Origin: Cyanophora paradoxa CCMP329
Lineage: Eukaryota > Plantae > Glaucophyta
Direction of reading: 5' to 3'
Assembly: GCA_004431415.1 (NCBI GenBank)
Contig: QPMI01000572.1
Span: forward strand, 356,191 to 420,190
Length of the DNA: 64,000 nt
The stretch's first letter is position 1, and each line of letters begins with the position of its first letter. Below are positions 1 to 13,355 of the stretch, in pieces. Made by a program: the position numbers and the translations under genes. A model generated the notes under the pieces. It had not been told where the DNA came from. It did not search any database and was given only the letters and a program-made list of their open reading frames with translations.

Positions 1-631
1 TGCGTCAGGGCGGAGAGCGGAGCAGAATTTCGAAGAGGGCGCGCGCGCTTACCCCCATGACGGAGCCGTCCCGGGGGAAGATGAACCAGTAGCTCTCCTC
101 CCCGCCCAGGGAGGCGAGCCCCATGTAGGCCGCCACGCAAAACCTGCATGCGCCCCGGGGCCCGAGAAGGTGAGCCGCGCGAGCCTGCCTGCCGCGCGCC
201 GCCCTCCCTCGGCAGCCGCCGCGCGCGCACGGGATTGTGTAGAACCGTATGATGGTGCACCGCGCGTTCCGCACGTAGGCGCCTGGCGACCTCAAGTTGC
301 TGGCCAGGTACACGTTCACATTCAGGGCGGTCCCCAGCACGACTGAGAGCTGAGCGGCGCGTCAGCGAGCGCGGTTGTCGTGTCTGAAACGTTGACGCAC
401 CCAGATTCCTCCGATCCACAACCGTGCGGGCGGATGCATCGCAACGGCGAGCTGCGACGGGAGAAGGAGTTGAGCTCGGGCATCCGCACGTGCATGCGAG
501 GTACGCACTCGCGGCACGATGCAGATCCAGTAGACAAACAGCGCCCACAGCGGCAGCATCGCGGGCCTCAGGCTGTTCGCTACGAAGCGCGCGGCCGCGG
601 CGGCCCGCGGCGAGCTGCGGAGAGCGGTCAT
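1..631 (-). CDS. Multi-exon gene for a putative secreted protein of unknown function; 3' part runs off the window start
   Basis: Hydrophobic N-terminus MLPLWALFVYWICIV (ATG at 559, alternative ATG at 631). It is followed by GT..AG-bounded exons VLGTALNVNVYLASNLRSPGAYVRNARCTIIRFYTIP and FCVAAYMGLASLGGEESYWFIFPRDGSVMG, then a GTAAGC donor. No family recognised. Confidence 0.45.
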
Positions 632-1269
632 GGAAGCTAAGAACTACTGCAGAAGGCCTCTCCGCGCTTAGCTGCGGCCATCCCCGCGCACTGGCTCGGA
701 GGGAAACCAGAGCGGCCGCAATTGCGAAATGATAAGTGCAACGCAAGAATTGCTGTACCCCTTCCGACCGATACATGCTGTGCGCATGCGCATGCCATGA
801 TGCAAATCAAATGCGCATGCGCAATCAATTTTGCGCAATCACTTACAGCTATATATATATATATCTGCGCATGCACGACCACATGCATGTACACACCATA
901 CGTATACATGTACATGTGCATCATTTTTCATGCACAAGATCTAGATCTAGAAGGCAATTGCAAGCCTTGAGCTTAAGCAATGCCATGATGCCAGGCATTG
1001 TCTTAAGCTTAAGCTTGCGGGCGCCGCGGCCGCGGCCGTGCCGGCCTCTATAGCTAGATCTAGATCTAGATCTAGACGAATTCGAACAAGAATAAAAAAC
1101 GCGAACCGTTGAACTGATCGAAAACTTCTGAAATAAAAATCGATCTACATCGACATCTAGATCTGCGTGTGCGTACTACGGTATACACGTGCACCGTCAC
1201 ACACAACAACACACAAGGCTTTGAAACTAGCCTAGTAGTACTAGCGCTAGCGCTAGTGCTAACTTTTGA

Positions 1270-4200
1270 TTAGTCAACATATACCGTATCGGGAAGGGTT
1301 GGTATGCGTAGGACGTCGATGGTCCAGGCGGCGGTGGTGTGGTAGACGGGGACGCCGGCGGCGGGCCCGACGCCGCCATTGAAGACGCACGAGAGGGAAG
1401 CCGTGTAGCGCCGCAGCACCGTGAGGGGCGACTCCACCCTGCGAGCGAGGTCAATAGTCAAGAGAGTGAGCGGAGGATCCGGATCCCGGAGTCCGGAGGC
1501 CGATCCGAACTTGAATTTAGAGGCTTCATGTGCAATTTAATTTGAGCATGTCTAGACATTGAAAGGCACATTTTCCCAGAATGTGAATGAAAGAAAGACT
1601 TTCAGTTCCGTCGAGTCTATCTTGGAGAAATTAAAGGACCCGGCAGTGCTGCTCAGTGACGCACGCGGCGAGGGTCGTGTTGCGGATGAGGGCGGAGAGG
1701 GGCAGCTGGATGGCCTGGCCGGGGACGACTTCCGCAGGGAGCCGCCACGCCGCGTCCTCCACGTCGAGGCCCGACGCCCGCACGCGCAGGCGGCACCCGC
1801 GCGCCACGTCCCCGCACGCCGTCTGCGACAGCGACCAGCTGCGCGCGAGGCCGCCGCTTACATTCGAAGCTAAGACCGGAACGGATCGGGCGGGGGCGGG
1901 GGGCTCGCCTGAGCTCGACGACGGCGAATCGGAGTGGGCCGGCGGTGAGGGCGGAGATGGCGACGGGGCGGGGCGGGGCGATAGTAATGGCCGGCGGCGA
2001 CGACCGGTAGACCTGATCATGAGCGCGAGGCGGCGCGGCGGGGGTGAGCGGAGCAGTGCGTATACATATAATAATAATAACTAGAAGATTTATGGAGAAA
2101 TCGGGCGGCGGGACGGCGACGGAAATGCGGGGAAGTGGGGAGGGGGAGGGGGGCACTAGCAACCGGCGGAGGGAGAGAGGGAGGGGACGGCGGAGGGAGA
2201 GGTTAGGGAGAGGGAAGGAGGAGGGGAGGGAGAGGGGGGTAGAGGTGAGGGAGAGGGATAGTGGAGAGGGGAGGGGAGGCGGAGGGAGGGAGAGGGAAGA
2301 CTGGGGGGGGGAGGAGGGGAGGGGGGAGGGTCAAAGAAAGCCGAGGAATGGGCGGACGCACGGGGACGAGGGAAGAGCAGACGGGGTGCGGGTCGCCGGC
2401 GAGGCTCACGTTCACCGCCACCGACGTCCCCACCTCCACCTGCGCCCCGCCCGGAAGCTTAGCTTTAAAAAGCTTAAGCTTGCAGGGGGTCGGATCCGAC
2501 CTGGCGGGGCGCCGGCTCCTGGAGGAGGGCCGGGGGCGGGTTGGGCCGCAGGCAGGTCTCCGCCGGCATCGTCACGTTCGGGACGAGGTCGGGCAGGGCG
2601 ACGGCGCAGGAGCCGTCCGCCGGCAGCGGCAGCGCGACGACGGGCGGCGGGCACGCGGGGCGCGGCGCGGCGCCCGGGCAGGGCCGGCGGGCGGGGACGT
2701 CGACCTCGAGCCAGAAGCTGCAGGCGCCGGTGGGGCCGGCCTCCGTCGGGTTGTGGAAGGCGACCGTGACGTTGTACACGCCCGCGGAGGAGCCGGGGAG
2801 GGGCGGTGCCCACGCCGGGTTGCTCGCGTTGGCGAAGGCGGGGTACAGGATCTCCCCGGGGGCAGGGCTCTGGGTCAGCGTGACGCCGGCGCCTGCGGCG
2901 TCGAAGTGAGCGGGTCGCTTCGTCATCGACGCGTACGAGTGAAAAGAGCAACAGCGTATGTAACGAAGAATTGTTTGTTATGTATCTTATGTATATAAAT
3001 GAGGCACACTGGAGTTGAAGCGGAAGAAGCGGGCGAGGCTGGGCATGCGGAGGGCGCAGACGGGGCCGAGCCCCGTGGAGCCCGGGACGAGCACGCCGGC
3101 CGCCTCCTCCGCGGTGGGGGCCACCCGGAGACGCTCCGGGCATCGGATCTGCGGCGGCGTTCGCACGTGGCCCAACGTCAAAGATCTAAAGAGCTCAAGG
3201 ATGTCTATGTGTACGCACCTGGTACAGAGTGGTGGGCTCGTTGCCCAGGAGCTCGGAGCCCGGGCACGTGGCGGGGGCGCCAGCGCCGCTCGAGGGGCCC
3301 GATCCCGAGGACGCGGAATTCGAAGTCGGCGCGTACACTTCACGCGGCGCGTCAAACCATATGTGTGGGCGTGCGAGAGGGAGAGAGGAGAATTGAAGCG
3401 CACCGGAGTACTCGATCTTGTGCCTGACCTGATTGTTCGTGTTGATACTGCCCCAGCTTGTGGATCGAGCCAAGGCGTAGTAATTCGGCGCGTTCTGCAT
3501 CAAAATGTCCTTGCCGCTGTCAAGCTGCACGAGGAAAAGATCAGCAGTGAGCCCGAAGACCGAGGCGCCCGCAAGAACGAACGGGGCAGTTGTGCAGTTG
3601 GAGCCTCGGGTCAACACCGGCCCCCGCATCCGCAAGGTTCGTGGTCCAAACAACGCAGAAGCTGCGCGAATGGTCAGATAACGAGTGAAAGCTCGAGCGG
3701 TGAGCCACGCGTACTCCTGGTTCGAGCCGACAACGACGGGGGATCCGGTCGACGTCGCCGGAAAAGAAGCGGTGACTTCGCCTTCACCCACCGCCAGCGC
3801 CGGCGAGGTCACGGCCGCATTCGAATTCGAGCCATACAGGGTTCCCGAAGGAGCGGTGAATCCGTTAGCGGGAACGGCAGACTGCCAGGGAAACGTTGGG
3901 CAAAATCTTCGGTGGGAAAAGAGCGCGCGGACCTGGATCTGGAACCGCAACGTCTGATTGTTCGACGTCACGGAATACCTCTGCGCTCTCGTCGGCGACC
4001 AGTTGCACCCGAAACACATCGCGCGCAGGGGCGCACGACTGTGATCTTGTCAATGCGGATGCTGCCAGCATTGATGTTGCGGTAGCAGGCCGCAAGATCC
4101 ACGTTCGGAACAGTGTAGTAAGCATTGAAGAAGCAGCTCGGCCCGAGCGTGAGCGCATCGTACGTAGCGCCAGTCCGCACGATCGTGGAGGGGCTCGAGC

Positions 4201-7200
4201 CCGATCCCGAATTGTCGGTGGTCGACGTTCCTGAAACGCATGCACGCGCACGCGCATTAGGAGGACGGCAAGCATAATAATGCAAGAATATCTTGCCATA
4301 TGCGTATACATACCGTTGCCCGCATTCCGCAGGTCTACGGGGACCGATGTCACCGATGTGCGCCCCGCGCTGGTTGTCACCTCGACCTTCCACTCGAAGG
4401 CATTGGGGCACCTGCGGCCCCCAAACGCAACGCGTCGATATCGATGGTCGCCGCCAATCGATATCCCGGCCATCACAATAGTGTCGGTCAACGAAAGAAT
4501 ATTTATGGAGGCAGTGCGCTATTTGATATAATGAATGTGAGGGCAATTTGCAGGCTTAAGCCTCGCAATCGGGCCCCCGCGCGCCCCAGGCTGGCTTAAG
4601 CGCAGTACTAGTGGACGTTGCGCGACAGCGCGAATGCCGCCACCCGCCGCGGCGGGCGAGTTTGAACGCACAGGCCTCCAGCGACGTAACCTCCGTAGTT
4701 GTAACTGTAGGGATTGCAAAACTTCTCCCACATGGTAGAGTTCAACACAATCGAGAAAGGGCTGGTTACTCCAGCGCCAACCTGCGCAACAGGCACATTA
4801 TATAATTAATAATAATTAGAGGCGTCGTACATGTTCTCGACAGATCGATATCTGAGAAGCTAGATCTACATTCAGCTAGCTACATAGATGTAGATCTAGA
4901 GCTCAAGCGCAGTCTCGAAGACTAAGAAGCATCGCATCATGCACTGTTTGTCCGATCTTCGACTACGTAAACAGTCGCATTTAGTTTGAAAATGACATCC
5001 GCCTGCTAATATTATTGACATATGGTTGTCGCACGCGCCGGGTGCATCTGTACTGCAGATGTACATGTGATCATGATCATGAGCTAGAATGCGAGCGGCG
5101 GATCCGGAATCCCCATGGTCAAGATCTAGATCTACAGCTAGAGCACCCGCGCGCCACGCGAATGCGCACGCGTGCGCGTGTTGTCCCTAGGCCTGCTCAT
5201 GATCAGGAGGCAACGGCGCACCGATTCGCAACTGTGGCCTTGCATGTACTTGCAGACGAACACGTCGGCGGCGGCATACATCGATGGCCCCAAGAGACCG
5301 TGCAAGGCTGGCCGATGAAGCAGACGCGTGTTGAGCCCCAGCTCGGAAAGGTAATGTAAGGGGCAACCGGCGCTGCGCCCCAGACAATTGCAATGCATCA
5401 GTGATCATGACGCTCGCGACCTCTGGATCTGCCCGGCTTGCTTCGAGATCGGCACTGCCCATATGCATGCGCTTGCGCATGCGCATGCGTGTGGCCCCGA
5501 TGCGCGGGCTCAGGCCACTCTTGGCGCGAGCGCATCACGCAACGATCGCGAGGGCCCACCTGGCTCGAGAGTGACGGAGCGCACGCCGTAGTTCGACGGT
5601 GACGTGCTCGACACCACCACCCACTTTGCAGCGCACCCAGAGCTGCGCATCATTCGACGACTATAAGTACTCTTCACTGTCGGGATCAGGACGGCGATCG
5701 TGTTGTACAGTCAACTCCATGGCCAAATTAAAGCTTATAGAGCTAGAATGGCGAGACGCAAGCACGGTTAAAGCGGGATCGAGTGTTATGGCAAGCCTTG
5801 CATTCGCTGCCGGTTTGCAAGATGTTCATCGTATGAATTATATATATACTAGTATCGTCAGGCCGGTTAGCTTGCGAAATGTCGACGGGCACCCCAGTGC
5901 TGCCAGCCGTGTTTGCGACGCACCTCAAGCTTGAGTAACCGCACACAGTTCCGGCGACGTCACCGCCGATTCCCCTCGTGAGGTATGAAACGGACGCTGC
6001 GTCGTAGTATCCGAGCTGCACGTGCAGATGCGCCGATACACATGCGCGTCAGCTTCAGCCAGCGCTAGCGCCACGCGAGCGCGTGCCATCTCATGCGCTT
6101 GCGCGTGGAGCCGGACTTTTTATAATTATTATCACGGCCGTTCATGCGCACCTCGACGCAGCCGGGGGTGGTGTAGGTGTAGTAGCCATCAGCGACGGTC
6201 GCATTGCAGAGCAGGATCGAGACGTAGCCCGCGTAGCCCGACCAGGCGATGGTGCAGGACGGGGAGAAGCCGTTGCCCTGCACCGTGCAGGTTGCGCTGC
6301 TGGAACCGTCGACGGCGATTGCGCTTTCGGCCACTGCGAGCGCACGCGCGCTTGTGATGTCAAATCCTAGGCCTGCTGACGACAAGAGATCTACATCTAA
6401 AGCTTCAAATTAATATTGCCATTGTCGCATATGCATATGCACATATGCATGAATTCGAAATCTAGGCCAGGAGTGGCGAAGGTGGACCTCGAGATACATA
6501 TACATGTACATGATAAGGAGTTGGTTTATCGAATAATATATTAATCACTATCGGTTTGACACCTTAGCTCCGGATCCGGTTCCATGCGTATGGCAAGACA
6601 CAGCGAATTCCAGTCGGACGATAGTTTCAATAAATGAACAAGCTATAGAGACCGGATGCGCACCGGTGACGTTCTTTGTGTTCCGCAGGTCTACGGGGAC
6701 CGATGTCACCGATGTGCGCCCCGCGCTGGTTGTCACCTCGACCTTCCACTCGAAGGCATTGGGGCACCTGCGGCCCCCAAACGCAACGCGTCGATATCGA
6801 TGGTCGCCGCCAATCGATATCCCGGCCATCACAATAGTGTCGGTCAACGAAAGAATATTTATGGAGGCAGTGCGCTATTTGATATAATGAATGTGAGGGC
6901 AATTTGCAGGCTTAAGCCTCGCGATCGGGCCCCCGCGCGCCCCAGGCTGGCTTAAGCGCAGTACTAGTGGACGTTGCGCGACAGCGCGAATGCCGCCACC
7001 CGCCGCGGCGGGCGAGTTTGAACGCACAGGCCTCCAGCGACGTAACCTCCGTAGTTGTAACTGTAGGGATTGCAAAACTTCTCCCACATGGTAGAGTTCA
7101 ACACAATCGAGAAAGGGCTGGTTACTCCAGCGCCAACCTGCGCAACAGGCACATTAATAATAATTAGAGGCGTCGTACATGTTCTCGACAGATCGATATC

Positions 7201-10200
7201 TGAGAAGCTAGATCTACATTCAGCTAGCTACATAGATGTAGATCTAGAGCTCAAGCGCAGTCTCGAAGACTAAGAAGCATCGCATCATGCACTGTTTGTC
7301 CGATCTTCGACTACGTAAACAGTCGCATTTAGTTTGAAAATGACATCCGCCTGCTAATATTATTGACATATGGTTGTCGCACGCGCCGGGTGCATCTGTA
7401 CTGCAGATGTACATGTGATCATGATCATGAGCTAGAATGCGAGCGGCGGATCCGGAATCCCCATGGTCAAGATCTAGATCTACAGCTAGAGCACCCGCGC
7501 GCCACGCGAATGCGCACGCGTGCGCGTGTTGTCCCTAGGCCTGCTCATGATCAGGAGGCAACGGCGCACCGATTCGCAACTGTGGCCTTGCATGTACTTG
7601 CAGACGAACACGTCGGCGGCGGCATACATCGATGGCCCCCAAGAGACCGTGCAAGGCTGGCCGATGAAGCAGACGCGTGTTGAGCCCCAGCTCGGAAAGG
7701 TAATGTAAGGGGCAACCGGCGCTGCGCCCCAGACAATTGCAATGCATCAGTGATCATGACGCTCGCGACCTCTGGATCTGCCCGGCTTGCTTCGAGATCG
7801 GCACTGCCCATATGCATGCGCTTGCGCATGCGCATGCGTGTGGCCCCGATGCGCGGGCTCAGGCCACTCTTGGCGCGAGCGCATCACGCAACGATCGCGA
7901 GGGCCCACCTGGCTCGAGAGTGACGGAGCGCACGCCGTAGTTCGACGGTGACGTGCTCGACACCACCACCCACTTTGCAGCGCACCCAGAGCTGCGCATC
8001 ATTCGACGACTATAAGTACTCTTCACTGTCGGGATCAGGACGGCGATCGTGTTGTACAGTCAACTCCATGGCCAAATTAAAGCTTATAGAGCTAGAATGG
8101 CGAGACGCAAGCACGGTTAAAGCGGGATCGAGTGTTATGGCAAGCCTTGCATTCGCTGCCGGTTTGCAAGATGTTCATCGTATGAATTATATATATACTA
8201 GTATCGTCAGGCCGGTTAGCTTGCGAAATGTCGACGGGCACCCCAGTGCTGCCAGCCGTGTTTGCGACGCACCTCAAGCTTGAGTAACCGCACACAGTTC
8301 CGGCGACGTCACCGCCGATTCCCCTCGTGAGGTATGAAACGGACGCTGCGTCGTAGTATCCGAGCTGCACGTGCAGATGCGCCGATACACATGCGCGTCA
8401 GCTTCAGCCAGCGCTAGCGCCACGCGAGCGCGTGCCATCTCATGCGCTTGCGCGTGGAGCCGGACTTTTTATAATTATTATCACGGCCGTTCATGCGCAC
8501 CTCGACGCAGCCGGGGGTGGTGTAGGTGTAGTAGCCATCAGCGACGGTCGCATTGCAGAGCAGGATCGAGACGTAGCCCGCGTAGCCCGACCAGGCGATG
8601 GTGCAGGACGGGGAGAAGCCGTTGCCCTGCACCGTGCAGGTTGCGCTGCTGGAACCGTCGACGGCGATTGCGCTTTCGGCCACTGCGAGCGCACGCGCGC
8701 TTGTGATGTCAAATCCTAGGCCTGCTGACGACAAGAGATCTACGTCTAAAGCTTCAAATTAATATTGCCATTGTCGCATATGCATATGCACATATGCATG
8801 AATTCGAAATCTAGGCCAGGAGTGGCGAAGGTGGACCTCGAGATACATATACATGTACATGATAAGGAGTTGGTTTATCGAATAATATATTAATCACTAT
8901 CGGTTTGACACCTTAGCTCCGGATCCGGTTCCATGCGTATGGCAAGACACAGCGAATTCCAGTCGGACGATAGTTTCAATAAATGAACAAGCTATAGAGA
9001 CCGGATGCGCACCGGTGACGTTCTTTGTGTTCCGCAGGTCTACGGGGACCGATGTCACCGATGTGCGCCCCGCGCTGGTTGTCACCTCGACCTTCCACTC
9101 GAAGGCATTGGGGCACCTGCGGCCCCCAAACGCAACGCGTCGATATCGATGGTCGCCGCCAATCGATATCCCGGCCATCACAATAGTGTCGGTCAACGAA
9201 AGAATATTTATGGAGGCAGTGCGCTATTTGATATAATGAATGTGAGGGCAATTTGCAGGCTTAAGCCTCGCAATCGGGCCCCCGCGCGCCCCAGGCTGGC
9301 TTAAGCGCAGTACTAGTGGACGTTGCGCGACAGCGCGAATGCCGCCACCCGCCGCGGCGGGCGAGTTTGAACGCACAGGCCTCCAGCGACGTAACCTCCG
9401 TAGTTGTAACTGTAGGGATTGCAAAACTTCTCCCAAATGGTAGAGTTCAACACAATCGAGAAAGGGCTGGTTACTCCAGCGCCAACCTGCGCAACAGGCA
9501 CATTATATAATTAATAATAATTAGAGGCGTCGTACATGTTCTCGACAGATCGATATCTGAGAAGCTAGATCTACATTCAGCTAGCTACATAGATGTAGAT
9601 CTAGAGCTCAAGCGCAGTCTCGAAGACTAAGAAGCATCGCATCATGCACTGTTTGTCCGATCTTCGACTACGTAAACAGTCGCATTTAGTTTGAAAATGA
9701 CATCCGCCTGCTAATATTATTGACATATGGTTGTCGCACGCGCCGGGTGCATCTGTACTGCAGATGTACATGTGATCATGATCATGAGCTAGAATGCGAG
9801 CGGCGGATCCGGAATCCCCATGGTCAAGATCTAGATCTACAGCTAGAGCACCCGCGCGCCACGCGAATGCGCATGCGTGCGCGTGTTGTCCCTAGGCCTG
9901 CTCATGATCAGGAGGCAACGGCGCACCGATTCGCAACTGTGGCCTTGCATGTACTTGCAGACGAACACGTCGGCGGCGGCATACATCGATGGCCCCAAGA
10001 GACCGTGCAAGGCTGGCCGATGAAGCAGACGCGTGTTGAGCCCCAGCTCGGAAAGGTAATGTAAGGGGCAACCGGCGCTGCGCCCCAGACAATTGCAATG
10101 CATCAGTGATCATGACGCTCGCGACCTCTGGATCTGCCCGGCTTGCTTCGAGATCGGCACTGCCCATATGCATGCGCTTGTGCATGCGCATGCGTGTGGC

Positions 10201-12719
10201 CCCGATGCGCGAGCTCATGATCAGGCCACTCTTGGCGCGAGCGCATCACGCAACGATCGCGAGGGCCCACCTGGCTCGAGAGTGACGGAGCGCACGCCGT
10301 AGTTCGACGGTGACGTGCTCGACACCACCACCCACTTTGCAGCGCACCCAGAGCTGCGCATCATTCGACGACTATAAGTACTCTTCACTGTCGGGATCAG
10401 GACGGCGATCGTGTTGTACAGTCAACTCCATGGCCAAATTAAAGCTTATAGAGCTAGAATGGCGAGACGCAAGCACGGTTAAAGCGGGATCGAGTGTTAT
10501 GGCAAGCCTTGCATTCGCTGCCGGTTTGCAAGATGTTCATCGTATGAATTATATATATACTAGTATCGTCAGGCCGGTTAGCTTGCGAAATGTCGACGGG
10601 CACCCCAGTGCTGCCAGCCGTGTTTGCGACGCACCTCAAGCTTGAGTAACCGCACACAGTTCCGGCGACGTCACCGCCGATTCCCCTCGTGAGGTATGAA
10701 ACGGACGCTGCGTCGTAGTATCCGAGCTGCACGTGCAGATGCGCCGATACACATGCGCGTCAGCTTCAGCCAGCGCTAGCGCCACGCGAGCGCGTGCCAT
10801 CTCATGCGCTTGCGCGTGGAGCCGGACTTTTTATAATTATTATCACGGCCGTTCATGCGCACCTCGACGCAGCCGGGGGTGGTGTAGGTGTAGTAGCCAT
10901 CAGCGACGGTCGCATTGCAGAGCAGGATCGAGACGTAGCCCGCGTAGCCCGACCAGGCGATGGTGCAGGACGGGGAGAATCCGTTGCCCTGCACCGTGCA
11001 GGTTGCGCTGCTGTTGCTCTCGACAACGATCTGTCCTTCCGATGAGAGAAGCCCGCGCTTGCTGGCGACCGCCGCAGGCTGCGTGATTCCGCGCTGCATC
11101 TGCGTGCCAGCGGCCTCGTGCTGTCCAGCGACCTGATGTACCGACCATCTGCTAACAGAGTCTCCAGCGGCCACAAAGACCCGCGGCCCGTCTCCCGCGC
11201 CGTATATGGAAACGGATCGGACGGGGCCCTCCGCCACAGAGAGCGGCGCCGAGAGAGCTCCGCCCAAGAGATCGACGAGGTACGCGCGCGGCCCGCCAGT
11301 GCCGACCACGGCGAGCGGGCCGCTCGGAGCCGCATCGAGCTCGCTGAAGACCGCCCCGCTCGGTTCCGGAATGGCGTGCAGCTCGACGCCGCGCCGCAGG
11401 TCCCACACGTGCAGCGCGGGGCCCTCGACCGCCGCGAGCAGGTCGCCGCCCGCGAACGCCACGCGGCTCGCCTGGCGGGGTGTGAGGGCGGCAAGGCGCG
11501 GGCCGAGCGCGGGACGCTCTGAGAATGCGTACCCCGAAGGGAAGCGAATGCGCGAGGCGCCAGTCTTCGGTGCGGTAGACATGGACGCGGCCGGAGGAGG
11601 CGACGGCGAGGAACGCGCCGTCGGCCGACCAGGCCGTGCCGCCGTAAGCGTGGCCGGGCAGCTCGGTCGCGAGGGCGCCGTCGGCCGCGCGCCAGACCTT
11701 TACGCCGCTCCCGCCGGAGAGGGCGCCTGCAGAGGCGGCAGTCATGATCATGATCAGAGATTCAGAGGTCAAAGGCCGCAGAGTGCACAGCGCACCAGAG
11801 GTCGCAACGAGGCTGCCGTCCCGCGAGATGGACACCCTGCGCGCGGCGCACGCGGTCGGCCCGTGCAAACTTCGGAACGCCCCGCCGGGCGCTCGTTTGA
11901 GACTGCGGCATCAGCGTCGGCGGCGCACTGGGTGGCGTGGGGGTGGCAGCAGATCTCGCGGATGCGCCGCCCGCTCTCCGTATCGTGCACGCTGCGCCCG
12001 CGGCCCGTGAGCGCCGCGGTCGGCAGCCAATTCAACCAGGAAGCGGATCGTGGCGGCCCGCCGCACCTGACAGAGCCGTCCGAGGCGAGGGAGGCGGCGA
12101 AGGTCCCGTCAACCGTCGTCGCCGCCGACTCGACGCGCGCGCCGCCAGCGCTGCCGGTGGCCCATGGCCCAGTGAGTCAATCGTGACCACAACGCCAACG
12201 CTAGCGTGCGGCGTGCGGTGTGTCGTGGCGCCGCGGGAAGCGCGCGTACCTGTGGAGGAGGCCGGTGGAGGGAGCCGCGGCGCCGGCCGAGCTGACGCCA
12301 GCGACATATGCATCGCGCCAGACTCGGAAGTCGGAGCGTTCATGGATATGGCCACTGGCCTCTGCGCGCGTTGTCGAATCGATAGTAACTCCTCAACATT
12401 CGCGCGCGCGAGGGCGGGCCGGGCCGGGCGCGCGCGCGACGCATTGCGAACCATCCGAGCCGGACTTAGCCGCAGAGAGCACGGCGATCCCGCCGCGCAG
12501 AGGCCGCACGGAGTGGACCTTGACTCCGGGAGGGAGGCCCAGGGGCAACTCGCCCAGGGGCCGAGGCTCGAACCCCGCGCGCGCGGCAGCTGGCGCCTCC
12601 CCTGATGCCGCCTTCGCTCCGATAGCGCAGGCCAGCGCCACCAGGAGGATGGTCGCTCTCGTGAGGGCGCCGGCACGCGCGCGCCGGCCCCGCGGGCACT
12701 GATGACTGGAGCCGCCCAT
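1270..12719 (-). CDS. Large multi-exon secreted/surface protein: signal peptide, WD40-like beta-propeller, tandem Cys/Trp beta-rich modules, beta-sandwich-like C-terminus (could be more than one gene, or partly degenerate)
   Basis: Signal-like ATILLVALACAIGAKAAS after ATG 12719. Propeller-like segments VSISRDGSLVATSG, VKVWRAADG, TAWSADGAFLAVAS and LHVWDLRRG at ~11.1-11.9 kb. Repeated modules SCTIAWSGYAGYVSILLC and CTVSWGPSMYAAADVFVC. Long Ser/Thr/Gly/aromatic exons at 3195-4019, 2474-2926 and 1631-1870. Last exon ends IPTLPDTVYVD* at 1270. Joining all exons into one gene is inference. Confidence 0.55.
4325..11013. repeat. Tandem direct repeat of about 2.85 near-identical copies of a ~2.35 kb exon/intron-containing unit
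   Basis: Anchor TTCCGCAGGTCTACGGGGACC recurs at 4325, 6681 and 9030 (periods 2356 and 2349). Identity ends at 11013. Identical ORFs recur three times in the track. Confidence 0.97.
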
Positions 12720-13355
12720 CGCACTCGGGGACTCGGGGATTGCCCCCTTCTTCACCGCTGCTAGCTGCTGGGAACCTGCTGCTGGTGCTCCTTGCTCCTG
12801 CGGCCGCGGGTGCGCGCTGCGGCAAGTCGCCGGCAACCTCCTGCAGGCTGCAGCTGCTGCTTGGCGTTGCTTGGCGCGCGCGCCCAAGAAGCCAAGGCTA
12901 CCCCCCGCCCGCCGCCGCAAGCTCATCGTGATGAGGAGCCATCTGAGCCCGAACTCAATCGAACCGACGATTCGCTCAACACCCGAAGGTTCATGGGTGC
13001 GCTGTGCGGGTACAGTATTCTCACATTTCGGATTGAGGGAAACAGCTTTGCCGAAAGACCGTGGGGGGGCCGAAAGATCACGGGGTACCTTGCAAGCCAA
13101 AGAGCAGTGCGAACAGCGGACCTGAGCGGCGACTCCGGCGAGCGCCTTTTGTGGATAAAGACGCATCCGGCGAGCGCCAGTTCGACCAGCCAGCCCGCGC
13201 ACATCAAGCCAGTCAGCTGCAGCCAGTCAGCTTACAGCGAGCAGAGCAGCGCGAGCTAGGGAGCGCGAGCGCGAGCTTCTTTCGGGGAACAGCGCCGTAC
13301 GACAGCCCAGCTCGGCCAGCCAGCTCACGCTACCTGACAAGCCCACGCAGCTAAA

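Noticed and set aside
4325-11013. Tandem unit as an rDNA/snRNA array or LTR element
   Set aside because: No rRNA/snRNA motifs, and no LTR, RT or integrase signatures. It contains spliceable exons continuous with the flanking gene.
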